From assembly GCA_963422265.1 (NCBI GenBank), contig OY729416.1:27998-91997 (forward strand): a stretch of 64,000 nt of DNA, read 5' to 3'. The translations under genes and the position numbers were made by a program. Shown here one piece after another: positions 56,064-64,000 of this stretch. Each line of letters begins with the position of its first letter. The stretch's first letter is position 1. The DNA is from Thermodesulfobacteriota bacterium (GTDB lineage: Bacteria; Desulfobacterota_D; UBA1144; Nemesobacterales; UBA2774). Below the pieces are notes generated by a model. It saw nothing but the letters and a program-made list of their open reading frames with translations, searched no databases and had not been told where the DNA came from.

Positions 56064-56288
56064 GTATTGGGTAAAAGACGAATAAAGAATCTTTCAGACG
56101 AGAGAAATACTGAAGATTGTTACCACGGCAGATTGTTACCACGGCAAAGCGCTAAAATCCCTTGACTTACCGGAAAAAAAGTGTAACTATTCTGATATAT
56201 ATTAGTTTAGTTAGGAAATCATCTAGTAATTTATGCGGTGCCAAAATTATTTAGTGCCAAAATTATTTAGTGGGAGGTAACAATAAGA

Positions 56289-57023
56289 ATGAGGATGATT
56301 CTAAAAGGAAAACTTGCCTCGGCTGTGATTTGTATCGCTCTAGTAGCATTTCTGGGTTTTGGCTGTGCTTCTAAGAGCGTAATCAGTAAAGCGAACAAGG
56401 GGATGGCGGATGCCGAGAAGGCTCTACAAGACGCTAAAGCGGCGGGAGCCGAAGGCTTGCCTGAATATCAGGCTGCGGAAGAGCTAATAGCCAAAGCCCG
56501 GGCTATGATGACGGAAGGCAACCACGAGGCGGCTCAGTATTATCTTGAGGAAGCCTCATTCAGAGCTATAGAGGCTAAAGGCAAGGCGGAAAGTCAAGCA
56601 TACGAGAGACAGGCTGACATAGAGGCTGAAGAGGAAAGACTAAGATGGCTAGAGGCTGCTAAGTCCAACTACGGTCTTGTGGATGTATTTTTTGCATTTG
56701 ACCAGTCGAGCATCTCGCCTGATTCCAAAACCACGCTGAACAATAACTCAAAAATAATAAAAGATAGCTCCGATAAGTTTCAAGCCGTCATTATAGAGGG
56801 TTACTGCGACGTGCGCGGCACGGAAGAATATAATCTGGCTCTGGGACAGAGAAGAGCCGATTCGGCGAAGAATTATCTGATTGGTCTCGGTGTTCCCCCT
56901 GAATTGGTGCAAGCTGTAAGCAAGGGAGAGACCGAGCAGTTCGCCTCCGGTGCTAGCGAGAGTAGCTATGACCAAAACCGAAGGGCTCATTTCGTTCCAG
57001 CCGTGCAATCTCCCGGTCTTTAG
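56289..57023 (+). CDS. Pal/OmpA-family lipoprotein with helical (DUF4398-like) N-terminal domain
   Basis: Lipobox FGC, DVFFAFD, EGYCDVRGTEEYNLALGQRRA, NRRA; upstream of cpoB. Confidence 0.9.
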   Translation: MRMILKGKLASAVICIALVAFLGFGCASKSVISKANKGMADAEKALQDAKAAGAEGLPEYQAAEELIAKARAMMTEGNHEAAQYYLEEASFRAIEAKGKAESQAYERQADIEAEEERLRWLEAAKSNYGLVDVFFAFDQSSISPDSKTTLNNNSKIIKDSSDKFQAVIIEGYCDVRGTEEYNLALGQRRADSAKNYLIGLGVPPELVQAVSKGETEQFASGASESSYDQNRRAHFVPAVQSPGL

Positions 57024-57041
57024 AAGTATAGGGTAAGACAG

Positions 57042-57764
57042 ATGACTAAAACCATAAATGTTATTTTGCTAGTCTCAATTTCAGTCCTGGTATCCGGATG
57101 CGTAGCTACCCAAGGGGATATGGGTAGCATTTACGAGCGGCAGAACAGGCTTGAAGCTACGATTGACAGGCTCTCAAGTGAAATTCAAGCAGTTAAAATA
57201 TCCCAGGAAGAGACGGCGGGAATAGACGTTGAGCTTAGAGAAAAGGTTTTCCAAATCGAGAACCAGGTGCAGGAGCTTAATAGCTCCTACGAGGATCTCC
57301 GTAGAAAAACGGACAACTTCAGATATAACCCGCCGCCGAGCCTTTCAATTGGTGAGGTGCCCCCCCCTAGTGCTGAAGAACCTAGTGAAAATTCAGTCTA
57401 TGCCGAGGCGGAGGGTGCTTTGAGTGATGGAAGATACGAAGAAGCGAGGGAACGGTTTAGATTGTTTCTGTCTAAATACCCCGATTCCTCTAAGGCGGCC
57501 GACGCTACGTATGGGATCGCCGAATCTTTCTATAGAGAGAAAGAATTTGAGGGTGCTATACTAGCATACCAGAGATTTATCGGTTTCTATCCGGACGACC
57601 AAAGGGTTCCGTTATGCTATTTGAAACAGGGTTCTTCTTTGATAGAGATGGGCAGAAAAGAGGAAGGCAAGTTGTTTTTGGAGATATTAATCGATAAATA
57701 CCCGGAATCTGAGGAGGCTAAAACAGCGAAAGAAAATATAAAAGAGCTTGCAATCCAATCCTGA
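57042..57764 (+). CDS. cpoB: Tol-Pal system protein CpoB/YbgF
   Basis: Lipobox SGC, coiled coil, TPR with F..KYPDS..A, YP.D..VP...LKQG, YP.SE.A. Confidence 0.88.
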   Translation: MTKTINVILLVSISVLVSGCVATQGDMGSIYERQNRLEATIDRLSSEIQAVKISQEETAGIDVELREKVFQIENQVQELNSSYEDLRRKTDNFRYNPPPSLSIGEVPPPSAEEPSENSVYAEAEGALSDGRYEEARERFRLFLSKYPDSSKAADATYGIAESFYREKEFEGAILAYQRFIGFYPDDQRVPLCYLKQGSSLIEMGRKEEGKLFLEILIDKYPESEEAKTAKENIKELAIQS

Positions 57765-57938
57765 ATGTTTTATTATATTTGACTACTGTATATAAAGGGT
57801 GGTCCGAGTTCTTTAGAGGAACCCTAATGTGAGGACAGAATGTCTAAGAGCGAATACAGCATAGAGTAAAGTAATAAAAACCAAATAAAAACCAATAGGG
57901 AAAGTAAAAAATAGGAAAAAACAGGGAGGTATTATAGA

Positions 57939-58697
57939 ATGAACAACAGTAGTAGTAAGAACGATAAGATAAACGATAAGATAAAAAGACATAGGTTAAC
58001 GTTTTTAGGCGTCCCGTTGCTAGTTGTTGCATTACTTTATTTGTCCAGTTGCGCGACACCACCTCCAATAAAAGAGCTTGCGGCTGCCGAGTCCGCCGTA
58101 GCCGTATCAAGAGCAACTTGCGATCAGTGTGGGGAAGACTGTAGCAAAGAGGAGCTAAAAGCCGCTGAATCCACATTAGCCAGAGGCAAGGCTTTATTCG
58201 AAGAATTTTGCTCGGAGCTCGAAGCGCAGAGGGTGCTTATAGATGCTAAAACTAAGGCTGATGACGCTAAGCAGGTATGCACGCCCCCTCCACCGCCCCC
58301 CCCCCCACCGCCACCGCCACCCGATATGAATGATATACTCTTTGATCTTGATAGATCCAACATTAGAGCTGACGCCGCTGCCGTGCTAAAGGAGAATGCT
58401 GCGATTCTAAGTTTGTATCCTAACATCACCGTGCTTGTAGAAGGATACGCCGACGTTAGAGGTCCGGAGGCTTACAACTCTAAATTAGCACAGGAAAGAG
58501 CTGACGCCGCCAAAGACTTCCTAGTCAACGAGGGGATAGACCCTTCAAGAATTAGCGTTACCAGCGGTGGTGAAACAGAGCAGTTCGGTACTGGGAAGAC
58601 GAAGGAAATTTACCAGTCTAACAGAAGGGCTCACTTCGTCGTTACGTCTCCAACTACCAGGTTAGGCGCAAGGCTTATATTTAAGTACGATAGTTAA
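57939..58697 (+). CDS. Second Pal/OmpA-family lipoprotein with Cys-rich helical domain and poly-Pro linker
   Basis: LSSC lipobox, poly-Pro run, DILFDLD, EGYADVRG..YN..L...RA, NRRA. Confidence 0.88.
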   Translation: MNNSSSKNDKINDKIKRHRLTFLGVPLLVVALLYLSSCATPPPIKELAAAESAVAVSRATCDQCGEDCSKEELKAAESTLARGKALFEEFCSELEAQRVLIDAKTKADDAKQVCTPPPPPPPPPPPPPDMNDILFDLDRSNIRADAAAVLKENAAILSLYPNITVLVEGYADVRGPEAYNSKLAQERADAAKDFLVNEGIDPSRISVTSGGETEQFGTGKTKEIYQSNRRAHFVVTSPTTRLGARLIFKYDS

Positions 58698-58760
58698 AAA
58701 GATGCGTTTCCACACTTATAAAGCTTTATAAAGGAGCCGCCTCCCTAGAGATGCATTGTC

Positions 58761-58792
58761 AAAAAAGGCGAGCACGAAGACTCGCCTTTTTT
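58761..58792. terminator. Bidirectional intrinsic terminator
   Basis: aaaaaaggcgag-cacgaaga-ctcgcctttttt between convergent genes. Confidence 0.85.
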
Positions 58793-58839
58793 GTTATTCT
58801 TTAACTACTCCTTGATAAGTAGAGGTTGCATCACTCGTT

Positions 58840-59070
58840 TTAACTCTTCTTCCACTTTAACCACCGGGTTTTTATCAAAAACCACCATTCCCTTAGACTG
58901 AGACCATTAGGAGGCTGTAGATGTCTTGGTTGATTCCAGTGCCGATACTTTTTAGGTATGCTCCCGGGAGAATGCACTAAGAGTTCTGCGTAACTGTCGT
59001 TCTCAACTAACTCTGTAAAGAGCTCTTCGTATAGAGGTGGTTTGAGCGGCAACTTCATATGATAAAACAT
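58840..59070 (-). pseudogene. N-terminal fragment of a Fic-family protein
   Basis: MKLP..PP...KYRHWNQPRHLQPPNGLSLREWWFLIK resembles the recalled N-terminus of long Fic proteins; no Fic catalytic domain follows. Confidence 0.6.
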
Positions 59071-59114
59071 CCCTTCTTAATGCAATCTTACACCTCAATT
59101 TATTTCAACAAATA

Positions 59115-59155
59115 CTAACAATATACTAATTTTGTTAAATTTAGTATATTGTTAG
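59115..59155. promoter_or_regulatory. Operator-like inverted repeat
   Basis: CTAACAATATACTAA-N11-TTAGTATATTGTTAG, perfect 15-bp arms. Confidence 0.6.
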
Positions 59156-59270
59156 ACGCGAGCAACCTACCTGCTAAGTAAAAGCTTATGTCTTCCTTCT
59201 TGACACCCACCCACACTCCATGTTTACTAATAGTTGTTTACCACCCTTCTCATACGCTAAGTAGAGAGAT

Positions 59271-60560
59271 ATGACTTCCCAGCTTTCAAAATCTAAAAGA
59301 TTATACGACAATGCCAGGAGATTGATGCCCGGGGGCGTAAATAGTCCCGTAAGGTCATTTAACGCTGTGGGGGGGACCCCGGTTTTCATCTCCAAATCCA
59401 AGGGTGCTTATCTATATGACGAAGACGGCAACAAATACATTGACTATATGTCCTCTTGGGGTCCCCTTATTTTAGGGCATTCGGATCGAGACGTGGTAAG
59501 GGCGGTGAAAGCCGCAGCGGAAAGGGGAACAAGCTACGGCGCGCCATGCGAGAGTGAAGTATCCCTTGCGAGGCTTATAATCCAGGCTTTTCCTTCTATA
59601 GACATGGTTAGGATGACCAGCTCAGGCACGGAAGCCACCATGAGTGGGGTGCGGCTTGCTAGGGCTTTCACTAATAGAGACTATATCGTTAAATTTGAGG
59701 GTTGTTACCACGGACACGCGGATTATCTATTGGTCAAAGCAGGTTCGGGTGCTACCACGCTTGGGACGCCAAGCAGCCCTGGCGTGCCAAAATCCTTCAC
59801 CAACAAAACGCTCTTGGCAAAATACAATGACGCTAGTTCGGTTGAAAAACTATTTAAGAGATACGAGGGCAAAATCGCCGCTATCATAATCGAGCCTGTA
59901 GCTGGCAACATGGGAGTCGTAACCCCTAAAGAGGGGTTCCTAGAGCACCTTAGAAAAATAACTGAAGACGCTGGTACCCTTTTAATATTTGACGAAGTTA
60001 TCACCGGTTTCAGATTGGGAATCGGCGGGGCTCAAAACAGATTCGGGATAACGCCAGACATTACGTGCCTTGGCAAAATAATAGGGGGTGGGTTGCCAGT
60101 GGGCGCCTTTGGAGGAAGAAGGGAAATAATGAACATGGTTGCGCCCGTAGGTCCAACCTATCAGGCTGGCACGCTGTCGGGAAACCCTCTGTCAATGGCG
60201 GCGGGCTTGGCTACACTTGCCAAACTAAGCCAAAAGGGAAGCTATGAAAGGCTAAAGAAAATGACGGAAGGGCTGATACACGGACTTAGAGATATTATAA
60301 AAACCCTAGGACTAAAAGCTAAAATAAACTCTATAGAATCCATGTTTACGCTTTTTTTCGTCGATGTCGAGCCGTTTGACTACAAGACGGCACTGAGGAG
60401 CAATACAAAAATGTATGCGAAATTTTTTGAGAATTTGTTGATCGCTGGTATTATGTTTCCGCCTTCTCAGTTCGAGGCGGTGTTTATTTCAGTCGCCCAC
60501 ACGGAGAAGGATATTAATAAAACCCTCGAAGCTTCTTATAAGGCTCTTAAAAATATGTGA
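59271..60560 (+). CDS. hemL: Glutamate-1-semialdehyde 2,1-aminomutase
   Basis: PGGVNSPVR, SGTEATM, KFEGCYHGH, FDEVITGFR, GKIIGGGLP. Confidence 0.97.
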   Translation: MTSQLSKSKRLYDNARRLMPGGVNSPVRSFNAVGGTPVFISKSKGAYLYDEDGNKYIDYMSSWGPLILGHSDRDVVRAVKAAAERGTSYGAPCESEVSLARLIIQAFPSIDMVRMTSSGTEATMSGVRLARAFTNRDYIVKFEGCYHGHADYLLVKAGSGATTLGTPSSPGVPKSFTNKTLLAKYNDASSVEKLFKRYEGKIAAIIIEPVAGNMGVVTPKEGFLEHLRKITEDAGTLLIFDEVITGFRLGIGGAQNRFGITPDITCLGKIIGGGLPVGAFGGRREIMNMVAPVGPTYQAGTLSGNPLSMAAGLATLAKLSQKGSYERLKKMTEGLIHGLRDIIKTLGLKAKINSIESMFTLFFVDVEPFDYKTALRSNTKMYAKFFENLLIAGIMFPPSQFEAVFISVAHTEKDINKTLEASYKALKNM

Positions 60561-60908
60561 GCAATTTATAGGTTAGTGGGTGATGTATCAAAAGACGACA
60601 TTCTAAAACAAATTGGAACGGCAAGTGCAGGCGACAAAGCCAAGTGCAGGTGACAAAGTAAGGAGTAGGAGAAGACGGTGCAAGAGGCAGAAGATGACAA
60701 AGAATAACAATCGTCACCACTATGAAAATTGTGACTCAGCCGTGATCAAGGGGATGGACAGGGTGAGCTAGAATGAGACGTAGGCAGGGTTTTAACAACT
60801 TTCCTGTAAAAACGGATTAGGCATTAAGGCTGCTTGATTGAGTTACTCCTCGGATTGAGGTGTTGGAGAAGTGTTGAATTGGAGAAGAATTGAAGAGGTA
60901 TATAACAG

Positions 60909-61130
60909 GTTAAAAAGCAAAACAATTACAAGTGGCTTACGCTGCTCGCCCTAGCATTCGAGATGGGGTTTTCAGTCGTTGCTGGAATAATTCTCGGACG
61001 CTACGTTGATAAATGGGTAGTAGGAACGGAGACGACGACACATTGGTTTACCCTATTGGGGCTTGTGGTGGGTTCCGCAGCGGGTTTTAGCTTTTTAATA
61101 AGAACCATCAAGGGATTAAATAAAGATTAA
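60909..61130 (+). CDS. AtpZ / ATP synthase gene-1 family membrane protein (start uncertain: GTT 60909 or ATG 60963)
   Basis: Hand translation WLTLLALAFEMGFSVVAGIILGRYVDKW..WFTLLGLVVGSAAGF; upstream of atpI/atpB. Confidence 0.8.
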   Translation, partial: VKKQNNYKWLTLLALAFEMGFSVVAGIILGRYVDKWVVGTETTTHWFTLLGLVVGSAAGFSFLIRTIKGLNKD

Positions 61131-61197
61131 CACACAGAGCATCTACACGGGTGCGACAAGATAGTAAAGAAACGGCAAGTAAGATAGTCTCATAAAG

Positions 61198-61575
61198 ATG
61201 GATAGTAGCAAGCTAATTAATATACCAAGGCTCGGAGGAGTAGAAAAAGGAAGTATTGCCGTAACGGCAATACTGTTTGCCTTAGGTTACTTAATGGGTT
61301 TTAAGGATCTTGCCGTCGGGATCGCGGCTGGGGGCGTATTATTTACGGCGAATTTCGTAGTTATAGGATTTATAGTGACGACAATTATTACAAAATCTTA
61401 TCCTACGAGCTTCGGTATTTTCGTCCTTGTTGTAAAGATGGCTATCCTCATAGCCATTGCGGCTTGCACGTTCATTTTTGCGAAGGTTAATCTCTACGGA
61501 TTCTTTATAGGAATAACGGGTGTTGTGATAGTAATCATAGGAGAAAGTTTGCGGGCAGTGTCCACAGACAAGTAA
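61198..61575 (+). CDS. atpI: ATP synthase protein I
   Basis: Four TM helices, G...G....NF motif, directly upstream of atpB. Confidence 0.8.
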   Translation: MDSSKLINIPRLGGVEKGSIAVTAILFALGYLMGFKDLAVGIAAGGVLFTANFVVIGFIVTTIITKSYPTSFGIFVLVVKMAILIAIAACTFIFAKVNLYGFFIGITGVVIVIIGESLRAVSTDK

Positions 61576-61592
61576 AAAGAGAGGAAGCGGAT

Positions 61593-62288
61593 ATGGAACA
61601 CTTTAGCTGGTTCACGTTGATTGGATTAGGGCAATACGATTACATTTTAGGTTCGCTTTTAGTTCTAACTTTATTGCTGCTTGCAGGAATAAAGATAAGA
61701 GGCGCTCTCTCCAGATCAGGTTCAGTTCTTCCTGATGAAAAGCTTTCGGTTAACAATATCTTTGAAATGCTAACTATCGACTTTTTGTTCGATCTCTTTG
61801 CGAACGTGCTGGGATCAAGAGAAAAGGCTAAAAGATACTTTCCCCTGCTGGGAGGCTCTTTCTTTTTTATAATGTTCGCAAACTTGCTTGGTATGGTGCC
61901 GGGCTTCCTGCCTCCAACGGGCAACATAAACGTAGCGGCGGCTTGCGGCTTGGTGATCTTCATCATGTATAACTACTATGGGTTTAAAGAGAACGGCTTA
62001 GGCTACGTCAAGCACTTTGCGGGCCCCGTTATTTTTCTGGCGCCCTTAATGTTCATAATAGAGTTGATAAGCCATTTCGTCAGGCCGGTTTCCCTTTCGC
62101 TGAGGCTGTTTATGAATATAACAGGAGACCATATGGTGCTCGGAGTTTTCACCAACTTGGTGCACTACGTAATCCCTGTTATCTTCGTGGGGCTTGGTAT
62201 CTTCGTATCCTTGCTGCAAGCGTTTATCTTTACTGTTCTCTCAGCTATCTACATATCTCTTGCGACGGCTCACGAGACGGAGCACTAA
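61593..62288 (+). CDS. atpB: ATP synthase F0 subunit a
   Basis: NLLGMVPG..PPT.N, IE.ISH..RP.SLSLRLF.N..GDH, LQAFIF..L..IY. Confidence 0.96.
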   Translation: MEHFSWFTLIGLGQYDYILGSLLVLTLLLLAGIKIRGALSRSGSVLPDEKLSVNNIFEMLTIDFLFDLFANVLGSREKAKRYFPLLGGSFFFIMFANLLGMVPGFLPPTGNINVAAACGLVIFIMYNYYGFKENGLGYVKHFAGPVIFLAPLMFIIELISHFVRPVSLSLRLFMNITGDHMVLGVFTNLVHYVIPVIFVGLGIFVSLLQAFIFTVLSAIYISLATAHETEH

Positions 62289-62357
62289 ACACAAGTATTA
62301 CCCAACGATGATTATTCATTTAATAGATAAATATCAACTAGTTAAAGGAGGTAGGAA

Positions 62358-62690
62358 ATGAAAAAGGCTCTTTACACGCTTTCTATATTTGTGGTTGCGG
62401 CGTTAGCCGCCTTTTCCCCAGAAGTGGCGTTAGCTGCCGAAGGCGGCAGCGATCTTACCAAGCTAGGGCTTGCTATAGGTGCTGGCTTGGGTGGCTTGGG
62501 AATCGGCATCGCAGCAGGATTCGCCGGAATGGGGCAGGGACGAGCCACAGCGGCGGCATTGAGTGGAATAGCAAGGAACCCTGGTGCAAGCTCTAAAATT
62601 CTTACGCCGATGATTATCGGGCTTGCTCTTATAGAGTCCCTTGTTATTTACGCTCTTCTCATAGCATTTTTGCTTCAAGGAAAAATCTAA
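62358..62690 (+). CDS. atpE: ATP synthase F0 subunit c with N-terminal leader
   Basis: GLGIG, GQG, ARNP, LALIESL.IY. Confidence 0.95.
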   Translation: MKKALYTLSIFVVAALAAFSPEVALAAEGGSDLTKLGLAIGAGLGGLGIGIAAGFAGMGQGRATAAALSGIARNPGASSKILTPMIIGLALIESLVIYALLIAFLLQGKI

Positions 62691-62728
62691 CCCGATTGTA
62701 GAACAGGGTGTGCAGGATAAAAGGCGTT

Positions 62729-62771
62729 TGAGGGGGTTTTTCGCTAAAAAAGTCCCCTCATTCCGCTTTTA
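62729..62771 (+). terminator. Intrinsic terminator after atpE
   Basis: tgagggggttttt-cgct-aaaaaagtcccctca stem followed by ttccgctttt. Confidence 0.6.
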
Positions 62772-62949
62772 TGTGCTCCTGTAAATGAAGATAGATAAAA
62801 GCAAATCCTGCAGGCGACAATATAATGTCATTCTCTAAACCACGTCCCCGAATCTCGTCTCATCTATAGGTGATTCTTGTGGTTGCCCATCCTCCTTGCG
62901 TTCACATGCGTCCATCTGCAGATAATAACCAGATAAGGAGACCCGCCAG

Positions 62950-64000
62950 TTGAGTTTTAAAAATCCCGAGGAGCAAATTCAAGCCGTTAGGCGGGGTATA
63001 GAAGAAATAATTCCGGAACAAGAGTTGATTCTCAAACTTAGGAAATCAAAAGAGCAAAATCGCCCTCTTAGGATAAAAGCCGGGTTTGATCCGACTGCGC
63101 CGGATATTCATCTGGGGCATTGCGTGCTATTAAAAAAGCTAAGGGAGTTTCAGAATCTAGGTCACGTCGTTCTCCTTCTCATAGGAGATTTCACTGCCAT
63201 GATAGGCGATCCTTCCGAAAGATCTGAAACAAGACCTACCCTTTCCGAAGCCGACGTTAAGCGAAACGCCGAAACTTATGAAAGACAGGTGTTTAAGATT
63301 CTAGACCGAGATAAAACTGAGGTCTTATTCAACTCAACGTGGCTTAGAAAAATGAGTGCCGCTGAGTTGCTTGGACTAGGGTCGCTCGAGAACGTTGCGA
63401 GGATGATAGAGCGAGACGATTTTAATAAACGCTACAAAGCGGGAATCCCCATCGCCATTAACGAGTTCCTTTATCCCCTACTACAAGCTTATGACTCCGT
63501 TAATATGAAAGCTGATATAGAGTTCGGTGGATCAGACCAAAAGTTCAACGTCCTTTTAGGACGCAGCGTGCAAAGGCATTTCAATCAGGAGCCACAGGTT
63601 GTGATTCTTCTTCCCATACTCGAAGGTCTCGATGGTGTTAGAAAAATGTCTAAGTCCCTGAATAACTATATTGCCGTTGAGGATAGCCCAGTGGATATGT
63701 TCGGCAAGATTATGTCCGTCTCAGACGACCTTATGTGGAGATACTACGAGCTTCTATCCTTTCGCACGGACAGGGAAATAGAGAAGCTAAGGAATGATCA
63801 TCCAATGGAGGTAAAGAAAGAACTCGCGTTAGAGCTTACTGGTTGGCTCTGCGGCGAAAAGGAAGCCACAAAGGCTCTTGAGGACTTTAATACGAAATTC
63901 TCCACGAGGGAGTTCCCTCAAGATGCCAGACAGGTATTTATAAGTAGAGATTCAATTAACACGCTATTAGATTTGGTCACTAAGTCTTCTACAAAATTAA
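62950..64000 (+). CDS. tyrS: Tyrosine--tRNA ligase (partial, runs off the window)
   Basis: TTG start after AAGGAG; [51 protein letters not shown]. Confidence 0.96.
   Translation, partial: MSFKNPEEQIQAVRRGIEEIIPEQELILKLRKSKEQNRPLRIKAGFDPTAPDIHLGHCVLLKKLREFQNLGHVVLLLIGDFTAMIGDPSERSETRPTLSEADVKRNAETYERQVFKILDRDKTEVLFNSTWLRKMSAAELLGLGSLENVARMIERDDFNKRYKAGIPIAINEFLYPLLQAYDSVNMKADIEFGGSDQKFNVLLGRSVQRHFNQEPQVVILLPILEGLDGVRKMSKSLNNYIAVEDSPVDMFGKIMSVSDDLMWRYYELLSFRTDREIEKLRNDHPMEVKKELALELTGWLCGEKEATKALEDFNTKFSTREFPQDARQVFISRDSINTLLDLVTKSSTKL

Noticed and set aside
57795-57862. Possible riboswitch upstream of the second Pal-like gene
   Set aside because: Could not match c-di-GMP, c-di-AMP or other recalled consensus; a covariance-model search would be needed
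61198-62690. Incomplete ATP synthase operon as a novelty
   Set aside because: Separate atpZIBE and atpFHAGDC clusters are common in deltaproteobacteria-like lineages

Overview
A mostly housekeeping bacterial chromosome segment. The gene content, the split F0 atp cluster and the FN3 surface proteins suggest a deltaproteobacteria-like lineage, possibly sponge-associated Ca. Dadabacteria (inference only). It contains a 16S-tRNAIle-tRNAAla-23S operon with a detached 5S gene, three more tRNAs, rpsU-dnaG-rpoD, uppS-dxr-rseP, pal-cpoB-pal, hemL-atpZIBE and a partial tyrS. Intergenic DNA is colonised by at least four short palindromic (REP-like) families that nest into one another. These repeats form long arrays on both sides of a two-gene module (uncharacterised protein plus PIN nuclease), delimit a repeat-gene-repeat-gene-repeat array of two modular FN3 surface proteins, and may have entered coding sequences in frame. 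Other oddities: a catalytically degenerate sirtuin, an RseP with an extra PDZ-like domain, a deletion-fused ApaLI-type R-M relic, a truncated Fic gene with a long operator-like palindrome, a solo HNH nuclease next to the rrn promoter, an archaeal-type 16S base pair, candidate ATT/GTT start codons and many short tandem duplications. No CRISPR array, integrase or transposase was found.
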